DNA from: Bacteroidales bacterium
GTDB taxonomy: Bacteria; Bacteroidota; Bacteroidia; Bacteroidales; UBA4417
DNA: 64,000 nt
Assembly: GCA_038212135.1 (NCBI GenBank)
Contig: JBBQUX010000001.1
Location: forward strand, 13,734-77,733
Direction of reading: 5' to 3'
The position numbers and the translations under genes were made by a program. The notes beneath the pieces are model-generated. The model saw only the letters and a program-made list of their open reading frames with translations. It made no database searches and was not told the origin of the DNA. This document shows, in pieces, positions 1 to 9,196 of this stretch (positions within the stretch are counted from its first letter, which is position 1; every line of letters starts with the position of its first letter).

Positions 1-248
1 ATTTCCTCAGGGTCGAGGTCGTAGCCGTGGGTAAGGAATTGCATGGCTTTTGCAACTCGTTCAGGTGTTTTTTCAAGACCTTCGCGGGAAGGATTTTCTC
101 CTATGAGTTTAAGAATTTCATGATAATGGAAAGCAAGATCTTTAATAGTTGACATGTTATAAATGTCGCGCTTTTCGTATCCGTCCTTTATTTCATAATC
201 GTCCATGTTGTTTTCGATCAACATGGGCTTTACTATCTGGCTGCTCAT
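1..248 (-). CDS. folE: GTP cyclohydrolase I (N-terminal part; 3' end lies outside the window)
   Basis: Reverse-strand translation from the ATG at comp(246-248) reads [82 protein letters not shown] and runs off the window edge. The [21 protein letters not shown] block is typical of type I GTP cyclohydrolase. It is absent from the ORF track because the window truncates it. Confidence 0.75.
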   Translation of the reverse strand, partial: MSSQIVKPMLIENNMDDYEIKDGYEKRDIYNMSTIKDLAFHYHEILKLIGENPSREGLEKTPERVAKAMQFLTHGYDLDPEE

Positions 249-319
249 ATGGTGAATTTTTTAAGTCTGGTTAAGAGTTTGAATTTCAGGCTATAATGGT
301 TGGTTTTATTCCATTTCTA

Positions 320-733
320 TTATTTGCCTAAATATTCAACAAAATTATTTTCGGTTTCATAAATCTTTATGCTGTGCAAAATTGCTCCGATTGAGGATAT
401 TGGTTCAGCAAGTTCATCCCAGATTCCAATGGCAAGATTTTCGGTTGAAGCAAGTTTCCCCGCCATAAAATCAACTTCCAGGTTAATATTCTTATGGTCA
501 AGTTTCTCAATTATGTACCGTTCAATAAGTGCACTCAGGTCTTTCAGATTCACCAGGAAGCCGGTATCCGGATTTATCTCACCTTTCACCGTAACAAAAA
601 GTGTGTAGTTGTGACCGTGCCAGTTCGGATTCGAACATTTTCCAAAAACCTGCAGATTCTGTTCATCGCTGTATTCCGGTTTAAAAAGCCGGTGTGCTGC
701 ATTAAAGCGTTCGCGACGAGTAATATATATCAT
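320..733 (-). CDS. queD: 6-pyruvoyl-tetrahydropterin / 6-carboxy-tetrahydropterin synthase (PTPS/QueD family)
   Basis: 137-aa ORF. RERFNAAHRL...CSNPNWHGHNY carries the Zn-binding His and catalytic Cys motifs of the PTPS family. It sits directly upstream of folE on the same strand. Confidence 0.8.
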   Translation of the reverse strand: MIYITRRERFNAAHRLFKPEYSDEQNLQVFGKCSNPNWHGHNYTLFVTVKGEINPDTGFLVNLKDLSALIERYIIEKLDHKNINLEVDFMAGKLASTENLAIGIWDELAEPISSIGAILHSIKIYETENNFVEYLGK

Positions 734-998
734 TATAATTTGGATTTAGGAGACAAAAGTACAATATTGAATTGATACAGATATAAAACACCCGAAAGAT
801 AAAAGTGTTTAATGAAATTAAAAATAAATTAGACAAACAATAGGATTGAAGATGTTCTCCTTTGAAATTGATTTAGATTTGCCAGGTCTGTTGAAAAACA
901 AAAATCAAACATCAATCTGTTTTCCCATAGGGAATCAACACAAACAGGATAATGAATATAGAATATAAGATTGTACGTAAAGCATTAACGTTCAATAC

Positions 999-1376
999 CT
1001 ACCCTCTTTGTAGCTTAAGAAGCCAGTAAATTTCCAGTCCAAGGTAGAGCATATAATAAATGAGTATAGTAACCGAGAAACGAATGGCATCTGCCTGGTT
1101 TGTGAAGGCATAGCCAGAAATGACAATCAATAGAAGGAGTATCTTGAGCATACTGGCTATCATAAATGTATTGGAAAAGCGGCTGAGCTTTTTCTCACTT
1201 GTGTTGAATAGCAATGCCACGATAATCAGAGTAATGCCGGCAACCAGCAATAAAACCAAAGGCCAGTATTTTGTTATAAAGCCCGCGGCAAAAAAGGATA
1301 CTGCAAACCCGGTTGCAGCCATTACAACTGTAAATATAGTGAGACTGCGGATAAACCGGTTAAGTAATTCCTTCAT
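999..1376 (-). CDS. hypothetical small integral membrane protein (about 4 TM segments)
   Basis: 125-aa ORF composed almost entirely of hydrophobic helices. It follows the AtpZ-like gene on the same strand. No recognisable motif. Confidence 0.55.
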   Translation of the reverse strand: MKELLNRFIRSLTIFTVVMAATGFAVSFFAAGFITKYWPLVLLLVAGITLIIVALLFNTSEKKLSRFSNTFMIASMLKILLLLIVISGYAFTNQADAIRFSVTILIYYMLYLGLEIYWLLKLQRG

Positions 1377-1405
1377 GTAGAAAGGGGAGTTCTGATTATT
1401 AATAG

Positions 1406-1654
1406 TTATTTCTTTCCGATAAGATCCTTCACTGCAGTGTAAATGGACGCAGCAACCGAAATAATAGAGAGTAATACTGTGAAAACAGGAAATCCTGTAT
1501 CAATCCATTGGTCGAGTTTCACGCCTCCGAAAATTCCCAGTCCTATAATGGCAAACATCTGAAATGCCAGGCCCGAATAACGGGCATAGCTTTCGAGAGG
1601 TGGCCGTTTTTCTCCGTCAGGCTTCGGTTTCGACTGGTTCTTCTGATTTTCCAT
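1406..1654 (-). CDS. AtpZ/AtpI-family small membrane protein
   Basis: The ORF track gives 1406-1711. I prefer the internal ATG (MENQKNQSKPK...). A basic N-terminus is followed by YSGLAFQMFAIIGLGIFGGVKLD and a second TM segment, the usual AtpZ/AtpI layout. Confidence 0.55.
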   Translation of the reverse strand: MENQKNQSKPKPDGEKRPPLESYARYSGLAFQMFAIIGLGIFGGVKLDQWIDTGFPVFTVLLSIISVAASIYTAVKDLIGKK

Positions 1655-2012
1655 CGAAGTTTTCCTGGTTTCCCATTTTGCAGGCACCTGTAAAAACGGC
1701 ACCTGGCTCAATGGCCAGTTTATTTGTAAGTATGTCGCCGCTCACAACCGCGTTTGCTTTTAGGCTAAGCAATTCTGTAACTTTTATGTGTGCTTTTACT
1801 TCGCCCGAAATATCAGCATTCTGGCAATTAATTTCACCTTCAACTCTTCCTGTTGAGCCAACCACGACTTTGCCTGATGCCTGTATGGTTCCTTTGATGA
1901 AGCCATCAATGCGCAGGTCGCCGTTCGATTTGATATTGCCTTTTATATCGGTTCCGTTTCCAATAATATTTACTGAAGGGGTTTCGGTGGTTACATTTTT
2001 CGACATAATCAT
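1617..2012 (-). CDS. bactofilin-family polymer-forming cytoskeletal protein
   Basis: Repetitive beta-helix pattern (IKGNIKSNGDLRIDGFIKGTIQASGKVVVGSTGRVEGEINCQNADISGEVKAHIK...) typical of bactofilin (DUF583). Start chosen at MIMSKN. The longer track ORF (to 2063) adds an unlikely leader. Confidence 0.7.
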   Translation of the reverse strand: MIMSKNVTTETPSVNIIGNGTDIKGNIKSNGDLRIDGFIKGTIQASGKVVVGSTGRVEGEINCQNADISGEVKAHIKVTELLSLKANAVVSGDILTNKLAIEPGAVFTGACKMGNQENFDGKSEEPVETEA

Positions 2013-2125
2013 ATAAGTTGTTTTTACCAAAAACAAAAATAGTGCATTAATTGAATTATGCACTATTTGTTAATTAAAAAGTAAATTTTGCAAACAACAA
2101 ATAAACTTTCCCGTTTTGGAAACAA

Positions 2126-4885
2126 CTACTTAAGGTAGTTCTTCCTGAAGAAATTCAGATATCCGTTATATTTTTTCTCGCGGTAAAAAACCGGGTAATT
2201 ATCTATCGAAATTACCATTTGCTTAAAGTCTCCTTTACTTATAGATGCTGTAACATATTCGCTTTTGCCAATGGCATAGTAAAAGTCCATAGCAGCCACG
2301 CTGTTACGGAAACTGCTGATTGATATCATCTGCCATCCGCCGTCGAGCACAATTGCATTTACCGAAAGGTTGGCATTGTTGAAATCTTTTGAAATGAAAT
2401 CGGAAACCCTGATCTTGGTTGCATTCACATTTACATTATTGCCATCAACCATAAGTATATAAAAATGAGTTTGACTGAGGTTAAGTTTGTAGATGTCGGG
2501 AACAACTGTGTCAGACAACTGTAAGAACGGATCGGGTGATGAAGATGATGGAGGAGCAGCTGGTTTGGTGTTCGGCGCATTTGTGTTGGCATTTGCCTGT
2601 GCTGTTGGCGGAGGGGCGTTTTTATCGTATTTCTGCAGTAACTCCTTTGCCAGGGGCGTAATCGGGTGGTTCGGACTCTTCAGTACAAGTTTATTGAGAG
2701 CCACTACCATGGTATCGGTACTTATTGTTTTTCCCAGCGATAATGCCCGCAGGTATTCGAAACGGGGTATGAGGTCCTTGTCTTTGTATTCGCTGATGGC
2801 CTGGTCGCTGTATAGCAATACCATGCGGTACTGGCCTCTTTTGAAGGCCGTATAGGTCTCTTCATAAAGCGTTAACGCACGGTTTTTTCGTGCAAGTACC
2901 TCCTTGTTGTATTCAGGGTCACTGATCATTTGGGCATACTCGGAATCACCGTATTGACCAAGAATAATTTCGCTGTACTTTTTAGCCAGCGCCTCGTCGG
3001 AAATTTCCTTGCCTATCAGATATAACTGGTAGTAAATACGAATAATCTCTTTATTGTCAGGGAAACGCTTTGTGAGTTCCTCGAAGGATTCAACAGAATG
3101 GGGAAAGTCAATCAGCCCGTCTTTATAAATGTAGCCCAGATTAACCAGCGCATTTGCAATAAGCTTGTTGGACGCAGCAATAGCTTCGGGGGTTTTAGGT
3201 ATCTGGGATAAGTATGTTTCGGGACTTTTAGGATCTGTTGAAGCCTTTTTACCACCTGTGGCAGGAGTTTTATTTAGCGAATCAGCAGGCAGTGAAGGAT
3301 CGGGAGGTATTTCATCAAGTTGCGCCACCATACGCTTATTGCTTAGTCTCCAGTTATCTTCCAGTTTGCGGCGTCCCCATTTGCGCATGAACTCCGAAAA
3401 TCCGAAACTGATAGCCGAAGGATTGTAGAAATACCATCCTCCGCCACCGACACCTGCAATATTTTCGTTACGCATGTTCGGTATGCTGCTGATCATAGCA
3501 GTTTCGTTGCGTTGTTGTTCTTCAAGTTCTTTCTGGGCTTCTTCTTCTTTGATCACTTCATCGATGATTTTCTGTATGATCGCTGCCAGCTCTGCTTCGG
3601 GCATCTGAGCCAGTTTCTGAAGGCTATCTTCGTACTGTAGTACACGAAGGTTATTTACCAGGTCGGTTAGTGTAAGTGTCTTTGAACTAATAGCCACGTA
3701 ATCAGGATGCTCAAGAGGAAGAGTTTGCATGGTGGTATCATAGTACATAGCAGCCATTTCATAATTCTGCTTCTTAAATGCCATATCAGCCAGTTGCAGT
3801 GACGATGTTGATTTCTGATAGTCATTCTTTACACTTGTAGCAACCGAAAGTGCCAGGTATTGCATAACAAGAGTATCGTTTTTGTCGAGTATGGCAAGTT
3901 CGGCAAGGGCATAGTATATCTGGTCGAAATACTCTTTGTTTTTTGTGTCCCTTAGCATTTTGTTAAGCTGCTTTTCGAGTTCTGCCTTATTGCCGGTATA
4001 GATATCGAACGACTTGGCCAGGTTGATCCTGGCATTAAAAATCATTTCGAAAGGAGCTGAACTTTTAATTACCTGGGTATAATATTCGGTAGCCTGAGCA
4101 AAATTCTTTTCTTTTTGTGCAATCTGGCCAAGAATAAAATTTATCCTTGCTTTTAGTTTTGGATCGGATGCAAGAGAAAGACCTTGTTTCAGGTTGGTCT
4201 TGGCAGATTCAAGTTTGCCGGTAAGTATATAGTAATCAGCGTACAGAAGTGGTATTTCGCGCTGGATTTTGTAGGGAGGCTTTTGTTTTAAAAACCGTGC
4301 TTCGAATTGCTCTATCTGTAAAGCGGCATCTTCGTATCTTTTTTGTTGAATGAAACTGCGCATGTACCACAAAGAAGCTTCGAGTTCAGTGGTTGTGCCT
4401 GCATATTGCTTCATCAGGTACTCCATGGTGCGGCGCGAATTGGCATATTCCTGCTTATAAAACTGGGCTTCCCCTATAAGCATATAACAATCATCAATCC
4501 ACTTATTGTACTCTTTGTTATCGAAAAACAGCGAATGACGTGGAATGGCTATTCCTGCTTTTTCAATAGCCCTGTCCATGCTGGAATAAATTTTACGTGC
4601 TTCGTCGGCAGTGCCAAAATTATATACTGTGAGAATAGTGTTGTAATTGTCGGCAGCATTTTCTTTCAATGAGGCCTTGCCGGTCTTAAAACTTTCGTTA
4701 CCGTTCCAATAAATGTTATAATGTGTGGTTAGTCCATGATAAGCCCTGCGGGTAAAAGTATTCTTTTTAGTAGAACATGAATACACCAAACCCGCAACAA
4801 GCACAGGTATAAATATAAATTTGAAAAGTACTTTCAATTTCAACGGGGAGAGTTGTGTTTGGTTATCGGATCGCGATTTCAACAA
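2126..4885 (-). CDS. sprE: TPR-repeat lipoprotein, SprE/PorW-like T9SS-associated protein
   Basis: 919-aa ORF with a lipoprotein signal (LVAGLVYSC). The following block CSTKKNTFTRRAYHGLTTHYNIYWNG matches, from memory, the N-terminus of SprE/PorW. The rest is long TPR-like helical repeats with a Pro/Ala-rich linker near the C-terminal domain. Confidence 0.55.
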   Translation of the reverse strand: MLKSRSDNQTQLSPLKLKVLFKFIFIPVLVAGLVYSCSTKKNTFTRRAYHGLTTHYNIYWNGNESFKTGKASLKENAADNYNTILTVYNFGTADEARKIYSSMDRAIEKAGIAIPRHSLFFDNKEYNKWIDDCYMLIGEAQFYKQEYANSRRTMEYLMKQYAGTTTELEASLWYMRSFIQQKRYEDAALQIEQFEARFLKQKPPYKIQREIPLLYADYYILTGKLESAKTNLKQGLSLASDPKLKARINFILGQIAQKEKNFAQATEYYTQVIKSSAPFEMIFNARINLAKSFDIYTGNKAELEKQLNKMLRDTKNKEYFDQIYYALAELAILDKNDTLVMQYLALSVATSVKNDYQKSTSSLQLADMAFKKQNYEMAAMYYDTTMQTLPLEHPDYVAISSKTLTLTDLVNNLRVLQYEDSLQKLAQMPEAELAAIIQKIIDEVIKEEEAQKELEEQQRNETAMISSIPNMRNENIAGVGGGGWYFYNPSAISFGFSEFMRKWGRRKLEDNWRLSNKRMVAQLDEIPPDPSLPADSLNKTPATGGKKASTDPKSPETYLSQIPKTPEAIAASNKLIANALVNLGYIYKDGLIDFPHSVESFEELTKRFPDNKEIIRIYYQLYLIGKEISDEALAKKYSEIILGQYGDSEYAQMISDPEYNKEVLARKNRALTLYEETYTAFKRGQYRMVLLYSDQAISEYKDKDLIPRFEYLRALSLGKTISTDTMVVALNKLVLKSPNHPITPLAKELLQKYDKNAPPPTAQANANTNAPNTKPAAPPSSSSPDPFLQLSDTVVPDIYKLNLSQTHFYILMVDGNNVNVNATKIRVSDFISKDFNNANLSVNAIVLDGGWQMISISSFRNSVAAMDFYYAIGKSEYVTASISKGDFKQMVISIDNYPVFYREKKYNGYLNFFRKNYLK

Positions 4886-5207
4886 TAGTATATTAACTCA
4901 AAGACTGCAAAAATATTTCATTTTTTTCAATTAACCGTTAAAAGACTTGTAATAAAAGCATTTGATGCAGTTGGAAGCTGCTGTTTTTAACTGATTCCGG
5001 TTTCCTGAAGTCATCAGCCTTCTTACGTTAAATATACTGTTATGAAGGATTGTGACTTTTAAACTTGTATTGACTTAAAATGCCAGTTTTTTATATTTCT
5101 TTTCAACTGATACATAATGCACAGATTTTCAGCATTCAATCATCTGTTTTAAGTACTTTTATGAAATTATATTTCAGTGGTTTGGTGCTGAATTTTCTTA
5201 TTTTCGG

Positions 5208-5215
5208 TAGGTTTG
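5208..5215 (+). promoter_or_regulatory. Bacteroidota -7 promoter box (TAnnTTTG)
   Basis: TAGGTTTG lies 32 nt upstream of the M23 peptidase ATG. Confidence 0.4.
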
Positions 5216-5246
5216 CAAAATATTGCAGTTTTTCTGTGAAATTCCT

Positions 5247-6137
5247 ATGGACATTAAATCCGAAAGAACAAAAATCTGGAAGCTGCTGGTCAGGCGTATT
5301 CGTGATCAGTACAGGCTTGTGCTTTTGAATGAGGAAACGCTCGAAGAGCGGATCTCGTTTAAACTGTCGAGGCTGAATGTATTTATTGCCGTCGGTTTGA
5401 TGTCGATTATCCTGGTTTTTATCACTACATACATTATTGCTTTTACCCCTTTGAAGGAATACATACCCGGCTATACCGACGTAACCCTGCAGAGGCGCAT
5501 TTATGAATTGCAACTGCGTTCCGATTCGGTGGCGTTTGCTATGCGTGCCCAGGAAAAATACCTGCAGAACCTTAAAATTGTACTTGGAGGCAATCTGCCA
5601 AATGAAAGGCAAATGGTGCCGGTTGATACTACCCAGGCTCATAAATACCAGAATATAAAAGACAAACGCTCGCCTGAGGATTCAATACTCAGGACTGAAT
5701 ACGACAACGCCAGTAAATACAACCTTTTCCGATCGGATAAATCGACAGGGAAAGGCTCATCCATGCGTAACCTGACTTTCTTTTCACCCGTGAAAGGTAT
5801 TGTAACAAGTGAATTTGAACCTTTGCGTAAGCATTTTGGAATTGATATTGTGGCCGCACGCGACGAAGTTATTAAAGCTGTACAGGATGGTACGGTTATT
5901 TTTTCGGGTTGGACAGTCGAAACCGGCTATGTGATTGCCATTCAACATCCAGATAACGTAATATCGATTTACAAACACAATTCAGTACTGCTGAAAAAGG
6001 AAGGTAATATTGTACATGCCGGCGAATCAGTAGCCATTATCGGTGAGTCCGGCGAACTTTCAACAGGTCCGCACCTGCACCTCGAGTTATGGATAAACGG
6101 TATGCCGGTTAATCCAAATGATTACATAGTTTTTTAG
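5247..6137 (+). CDS. M23-family metallopeptidase (membrane anchored)
   Basis: N-terminal TM segment, then the C-terminal LytM/M23 signature HFGIDIVA...IQHPDNVISIYKHNS...GESGELSTGPHLHLELW. Start taken at the MDIKSERT ATG. Confidence 0.85.
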   Translation: MDIKSERTKIWKLLVRRIRDQYRLVLLNEETLEERISFKLSRLNVFIAVGLMSIILVFITTYIIAFTPLKEYIPGYTDVTLQRRIYELQLRSDSVAFAMRAQEKYLQNLKIVLGGNLPNERQMVPVDTTQAHKYQNIKDKRSPEDSILRTEYDNASKYNLFRSDKSTGKGSSMRNLTFFSPVKGIVTSEFEPLRKHFGIDIVAARDEVIKAVQDGTVIFSGWTVETGYVIAIQHPDNVISIYKHNSVLLKKEGNIVHAGESVAIIGESGELSTGPHLHLELWINGMPVNPNDYIVF

Positions 6138-6170
6138 CAGAAGGACTTTTTAGTGAAAATATTTTTATTT

Positions 6171-6325
6171 AGTGTCAGTAAGAAAACTCATCATTTTGCG
6201 TAAACATGCTCATTTTCTTTAATTTCAGGTTTGGTATACTAAACTCAATCTTCTGTGCGCGAGGACTTTCCCCTACGGGGACTAAGGTGCGCGCGTGGGC
6301 AGAACTCATTTTTAACTCGTTTTCT
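6171..6325 (-). repeat. copy A of an approximately 155-bp dispersed repeat (inverted relative to copy B at 46121-46275)
   Basis: Hand alignment of 6171-6325 against the reverse complement of 46121-46275 gives an ungapped match. It includes a 33-nt identical core, aaactcaatcttctgtgcgcgaggactttcccc, and roughly 75-80% identity overall. Confidence 0.85.
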
Positions 6326-6385
6326 TTTTGACAGTATTTAAATGTTCTACCCTTTTTATGATCAAAATCAATTAATATACGGCAT

Positions 6386-7549
6386 TTGAAAAAACACATA
6401 GCCATTCTTGGATCAACAGGCTCAATAGGTACGCAGGCTCTCGAAGTTGTAAAACAGCATCCCGATAAGCTTGACGTCGAGGTGCTTACCGCTCATTCCA
6501 ATGCATCTTTGCTTATCAGGCAGGCACTGGAGTTTATGCCCAATGCGGTGGTTATTGCCAAAGAAAGCATGTACGAACGCGTTTATGAAGCTCTTGATCC
6601 ATACGATATTAAAGTTTACCGTGGCACTGCATCCATCGAGCAGATTGTTGAAATGGATACCATTGATATGGTGCTGGTTGCACTGGTCGGCTGGAGCGGA
6701 CTCAAGCCTACGCTGCGTGCCATCGAAGCCGGTAAACAGATTGCCCTTGCCAATAAGGAAACCCTTGTAGTTGCCGGGGAGCTTGTGACAAAACTGGCCC
6801 GCGAAAAAGGCGTGAATATATACCCTGTAGATTCGGAACATTCAGCTATTTTTCAATGCCTGGCAGGCGAATTTCATAATCCTGTCGAAAAGATAATTCT
6901 AACTGCATCCGGTGGCCCTTTCCGCGGAATGAAGCGTGATCAATTGCTTCATGTTACCAGGGAGCAAGCCTTAAAACATCCCAACTGGAACATGGGCTGT
7001 AAAGTCACCATCGATTCTGCAACTCTTATGAATAAGGGTCTTGAAGTGATCGAAGCAAAATGGTTGTTTAACCTTCCAGTCGAACAGATTGAAGTTGTGG
7101 TTCATCCGCAAAGTATAATTCACTCGATGGTGCAGTTTGCTGATGGTTCCATTAAAGCCCAGATGGGCATGCCCGATATGCGGCTTCCTATTCAGTATGC
7201 TCTCACTTATCCCCAGCGTTTACCTTCGAAATTTCCAAAATTCAGCTTTGATGAATGCCTGCAATTCACTTTCGAAAAACCGGACAAGGAAAATTTCCGC
7301 TGCCTCAACCTTGCTTACGAGGCCATGCGTTTAGGCGGTAATATACCTTGCATTATGAATGCGGCCGACGAGGTGGCGGTTCATGCTTTTCTGCGCGAAG
7401 AAATATCTTTTTTGCAGATACCCGAACTGATTGAGCAGAGTATGTCGAAAATCAGTTTTGTAAGAACCCCATCTCTCAGTGATTATGAAGAAACTGATGT
7501 TGAAGCACGTGCCGTTGCAAATGAACTTATTCGCAGCTTCAGGAGTTAA
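6386..7549 (+). CDS. dxr: 1-deoxy-D-xylulose-5-phosphate reductoisomerase
   Basis: 387 aa. MKKHIAILGSTGSIGTQAL NADPH-binding N-terminus, plus LANKE, DSEHSA and NKGLE motifs. The start codon appears to be TTG at 6386. Confidence 0.95.
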   Translation: MKKHIAILGSTGSIGTQALEVVKQHPDKLDVEVLTAHSNASLLIRQALEFMPNAVVIAKESMYERVYEALDPYDIKVYRGTASIEQIVEMDTIDMVLVALVGWSGLKPTLRAIEAGKQIALANKETLVVAGELVTKLAREKGVNIYPVDSEHSAIFQCLAGEFHNPVEKIILTASGGPFRGMKRDQLLHVTREQALKHPNWNMGCKVTIDSATLMNKGLEVIEAKWLFNLPVEQIEVVVHPQSIIHSMVQFADGSIKAQMGMPDMRLPIQYALTYPQRLPSKFPKFSFDECLQFTFEKPDKENFRCLNLAYEAMRLGGNIPCIMNAADEVAVHAFLREEISFLQIPELIEQSMSKISFVRTPSLSDYEETDVEARAVANELIRSFRS

Positions 7550-7612
7550 GCCAATAGTTAAGCCTTTAAGCAGGCTAATTTCATCTCACTTAAATCCGAT
7601 ACAAAAAAGCAC

Positions 7613-7620
7613 TAAATTTG
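7613..7620 (+). promoter_or_regulatory. Bacteroidota -7 promoter box (TAnnTTTG)
   Basis: TAAATTTG lies about 50 nt upstream of the rseP ATG. Confidence 0.4.
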
Positions 7621-7671
7621 CACTCCCGTTTTATTCGGGAAACTAGTAAATAATAATCAGGCAACACCCAT

Positions 7672-8994
7672 ATGGTCATTTTAATAAAAGTAGCTCAATT
7701 ACTTCTCAGTTTATCAATTCTCGTGATTTTTCACGAATTCGGGCATTATATTGCCGCACGTGTTTTTAAAATAAGGGTCGAGAAATTCTATCTCTTCTTC
7801 GATCCCTGGTTCTCTCTTTTCAAATTTAAAAAAGGAGATACCGAATATGGCGTAGGCTGGCTACCCTTGGGCGGATACGTGAAAATTTCGGGCATGATTG
7901 ACGAATCCATGGACAAGGAAGCCATGAAACTGCCGCCACAATCTTACGAATTCAGGTCGAAGCCATCGTGGCAGCGTCTTATTGTTATGTTAGGCGGTGT
8001 AACAGTTAATCTTCTGCTTGCAGTTGGAATTTATGTGGTAATGCTTGCGTGGTGGGGGGCAGAATATTTACCTAATTCCGAAGTAAAGTACGGTATCACG
8101 GTTGATACACTTGGTCAGAAGATGGGCCTGCGCAATGGCGATAAAATTCTTTCCATTGATAATAAACCTGTGGATGATTTCTTCAGGATACCGGCTACAA
8201 TTATCCTTGAGAATGCGAAAACCATTCAGATTGAAAGGGATGGCCAGCCATCGGAAATTACAATTGCTGGGGGAATGATTTCGCAGATCATCAATCATAA
8301 GTCGCCCGAATTCATCAGTGTGCGTATTCCTTTCGAAGTGGCTGATTTCGCTCCCGGATCTGGTGCAAAGAGTGCCGGAATGCAGGTAGGAGATAAAATT
8401 ATTGGAATAAACGGGCTTACAACACTGTATTTTGATGAATTCAAAACTGAAGTGCAGCAGCATAAAGGCGAAAGTGTTGATGTAAAAGTTTTGCGTGCTG
8501 CTGATACGGTTGCTATGGCTGTCAAAGTTTCTGACAGGGGACTGATAGGAGTTGCGCCCAAAGCCCCCAATAAATATTTTAATTTTAAGGAACATCACTA
8601 CAATATTATCCAGGCCATTCCGGCTGGAATTTCGATGGCTTACAACAAAACTGCCGATTACCTTAAATCATTAAAACTGCTTTTCAAGCCCGAAGTAAAA
8701 GCTTACGAATCAGTAGGCGGTTTTATTACTATAGGAAGTATTTTCCCTGCAGAATGGGATTGGCAATCCTTCTGGGGGCTAACAGCGTTCCTTTCGCTTA
8801 TGCTTGCTGTTCTGAATATTCTGCCTATCCCGGCACTCGATGGCGGACATGTAATGTTCCTGCTTTACGAGATCATAACAGGACGTAAACCCAGCGATAA
8901 ATTTATGGAATATGCACAAATTACAGGAATGGTATTGCTTTTTGCACTGCTTATTTTCGCCAACGGAAACGATATTGTGAAATTATTCAGGTAA
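7672..8994 (+). CDS. rseP: RIP site-2 metalloprotease RseP (M50 family)
   Basis: 440 aa. HEFGHY zinc motif in TM1, central PDZ-like region, C-terminal NILPIPALDGGH motif. The dxr-rseP adjacency is widely conserved. Confidence 0.9.
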   Translation: MVILIKVAQLLLSLSILVIFHEFGHYIAARVFKIRVEKFYLFFDPWFSLFKFKKGDTEYGVGWLPLGGYVKISGMIDESMDKEAMKLPPQSYEFRSKPSWQRLIVMLGGVTVNLLLAVGIYVVMLAWWGAEYLPNSEVKYGITVDTLGQKMGLRNGDKILSIDNKPVDDFFRIPATIILENAKTIQIERDGQPSEITIAGGMISQIINHKSPEFISVRIPFEVADFAPGSGAKSAGMQVGDKIIGINGLTTLYFDEFKTEVQQHKGESVDVKVLRAADTVAMAVKVSDRGLIGVAPKAPNKYFNFKEHHYNIIQAIPAGISMAYNKTADYLKSLKLLFKPEVKAYESVGGFITIGSIFPAEWDWQSFWGLTAFLSLMLAVLNILPIPALDGGHVMFLLYEIITGRKPSDKFMEYAQITGMVLLFALLIFANGNDIVKLFR

Positions 8995-9018
8995 CGAAAG
9001 TTTGGAATAAATCACAAT

Positions 9019-9060
9019 AAAAAAATCCCGGAATGCTTTCCAGCAGTCCCGGGATTTTTT
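9019..9060. terminator. bidirectional rho-independent terminator
   Basis: aaaaaaATCCCGG-N17-CCGGGATtttttt: a 7-bp GC-rich stem flanked by an A-run and a T-run, between convergent rseP and the adhesin gene. Confidence 0.6.
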
Positions 9061-9107
9061 GCGTAAAGCAGCGACTCTAAAGTATCTCCAAATTGTCAAA
9101 TTCTCTC

Positions 9108-9196
9108 ATCCCCCTTGTCCCTCGCCTCCTTTCTTTCTCCCTTCTCCCATTCCCCTTGTCCCCTTGTCCCCTTGTCTCCCTGTCTCCCACTCCCCC
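9108..9196 (-). repeat. C-rich (plus strand) / G-rich (minus strand) low-complexity tract with CCCCTTGT repeats
   Basis: Ten runs of C>=3 within 89 nt (..CCCCttgtCCCCttgtCCCCttgtctCCCtgtctCCCactCCCCC), ending at the adhesin stop codon. On the adhesin mRNA strand it is G-rich. Confidence 0.85.

Noticed and set aside
6261-6280. GGGGAAAGTCCTC (reverse strand) in the repeat core resembles the GAGGAAAGTCC CR-I motif of RNase P RNA.
   Set aside because: Only about 9 nt match, the element is about 155 bp and present twice, and none of the other RNase P conserved regions or helices are present.
6175-6405. 76-aa track ORF, and the nested 44-aa ORF conserved with a 37-aa ORF at 46137-46250, as a possible small-protein gene family.
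   Set aside because: The conservation is explained by the nucleotide repeat itself. Between the copies I count 6 synonymous and 12 non-synonymous changes plus a different stop position, with no signal peptide or motif. It is kept as part of the repeat finding, not called as a CDS.
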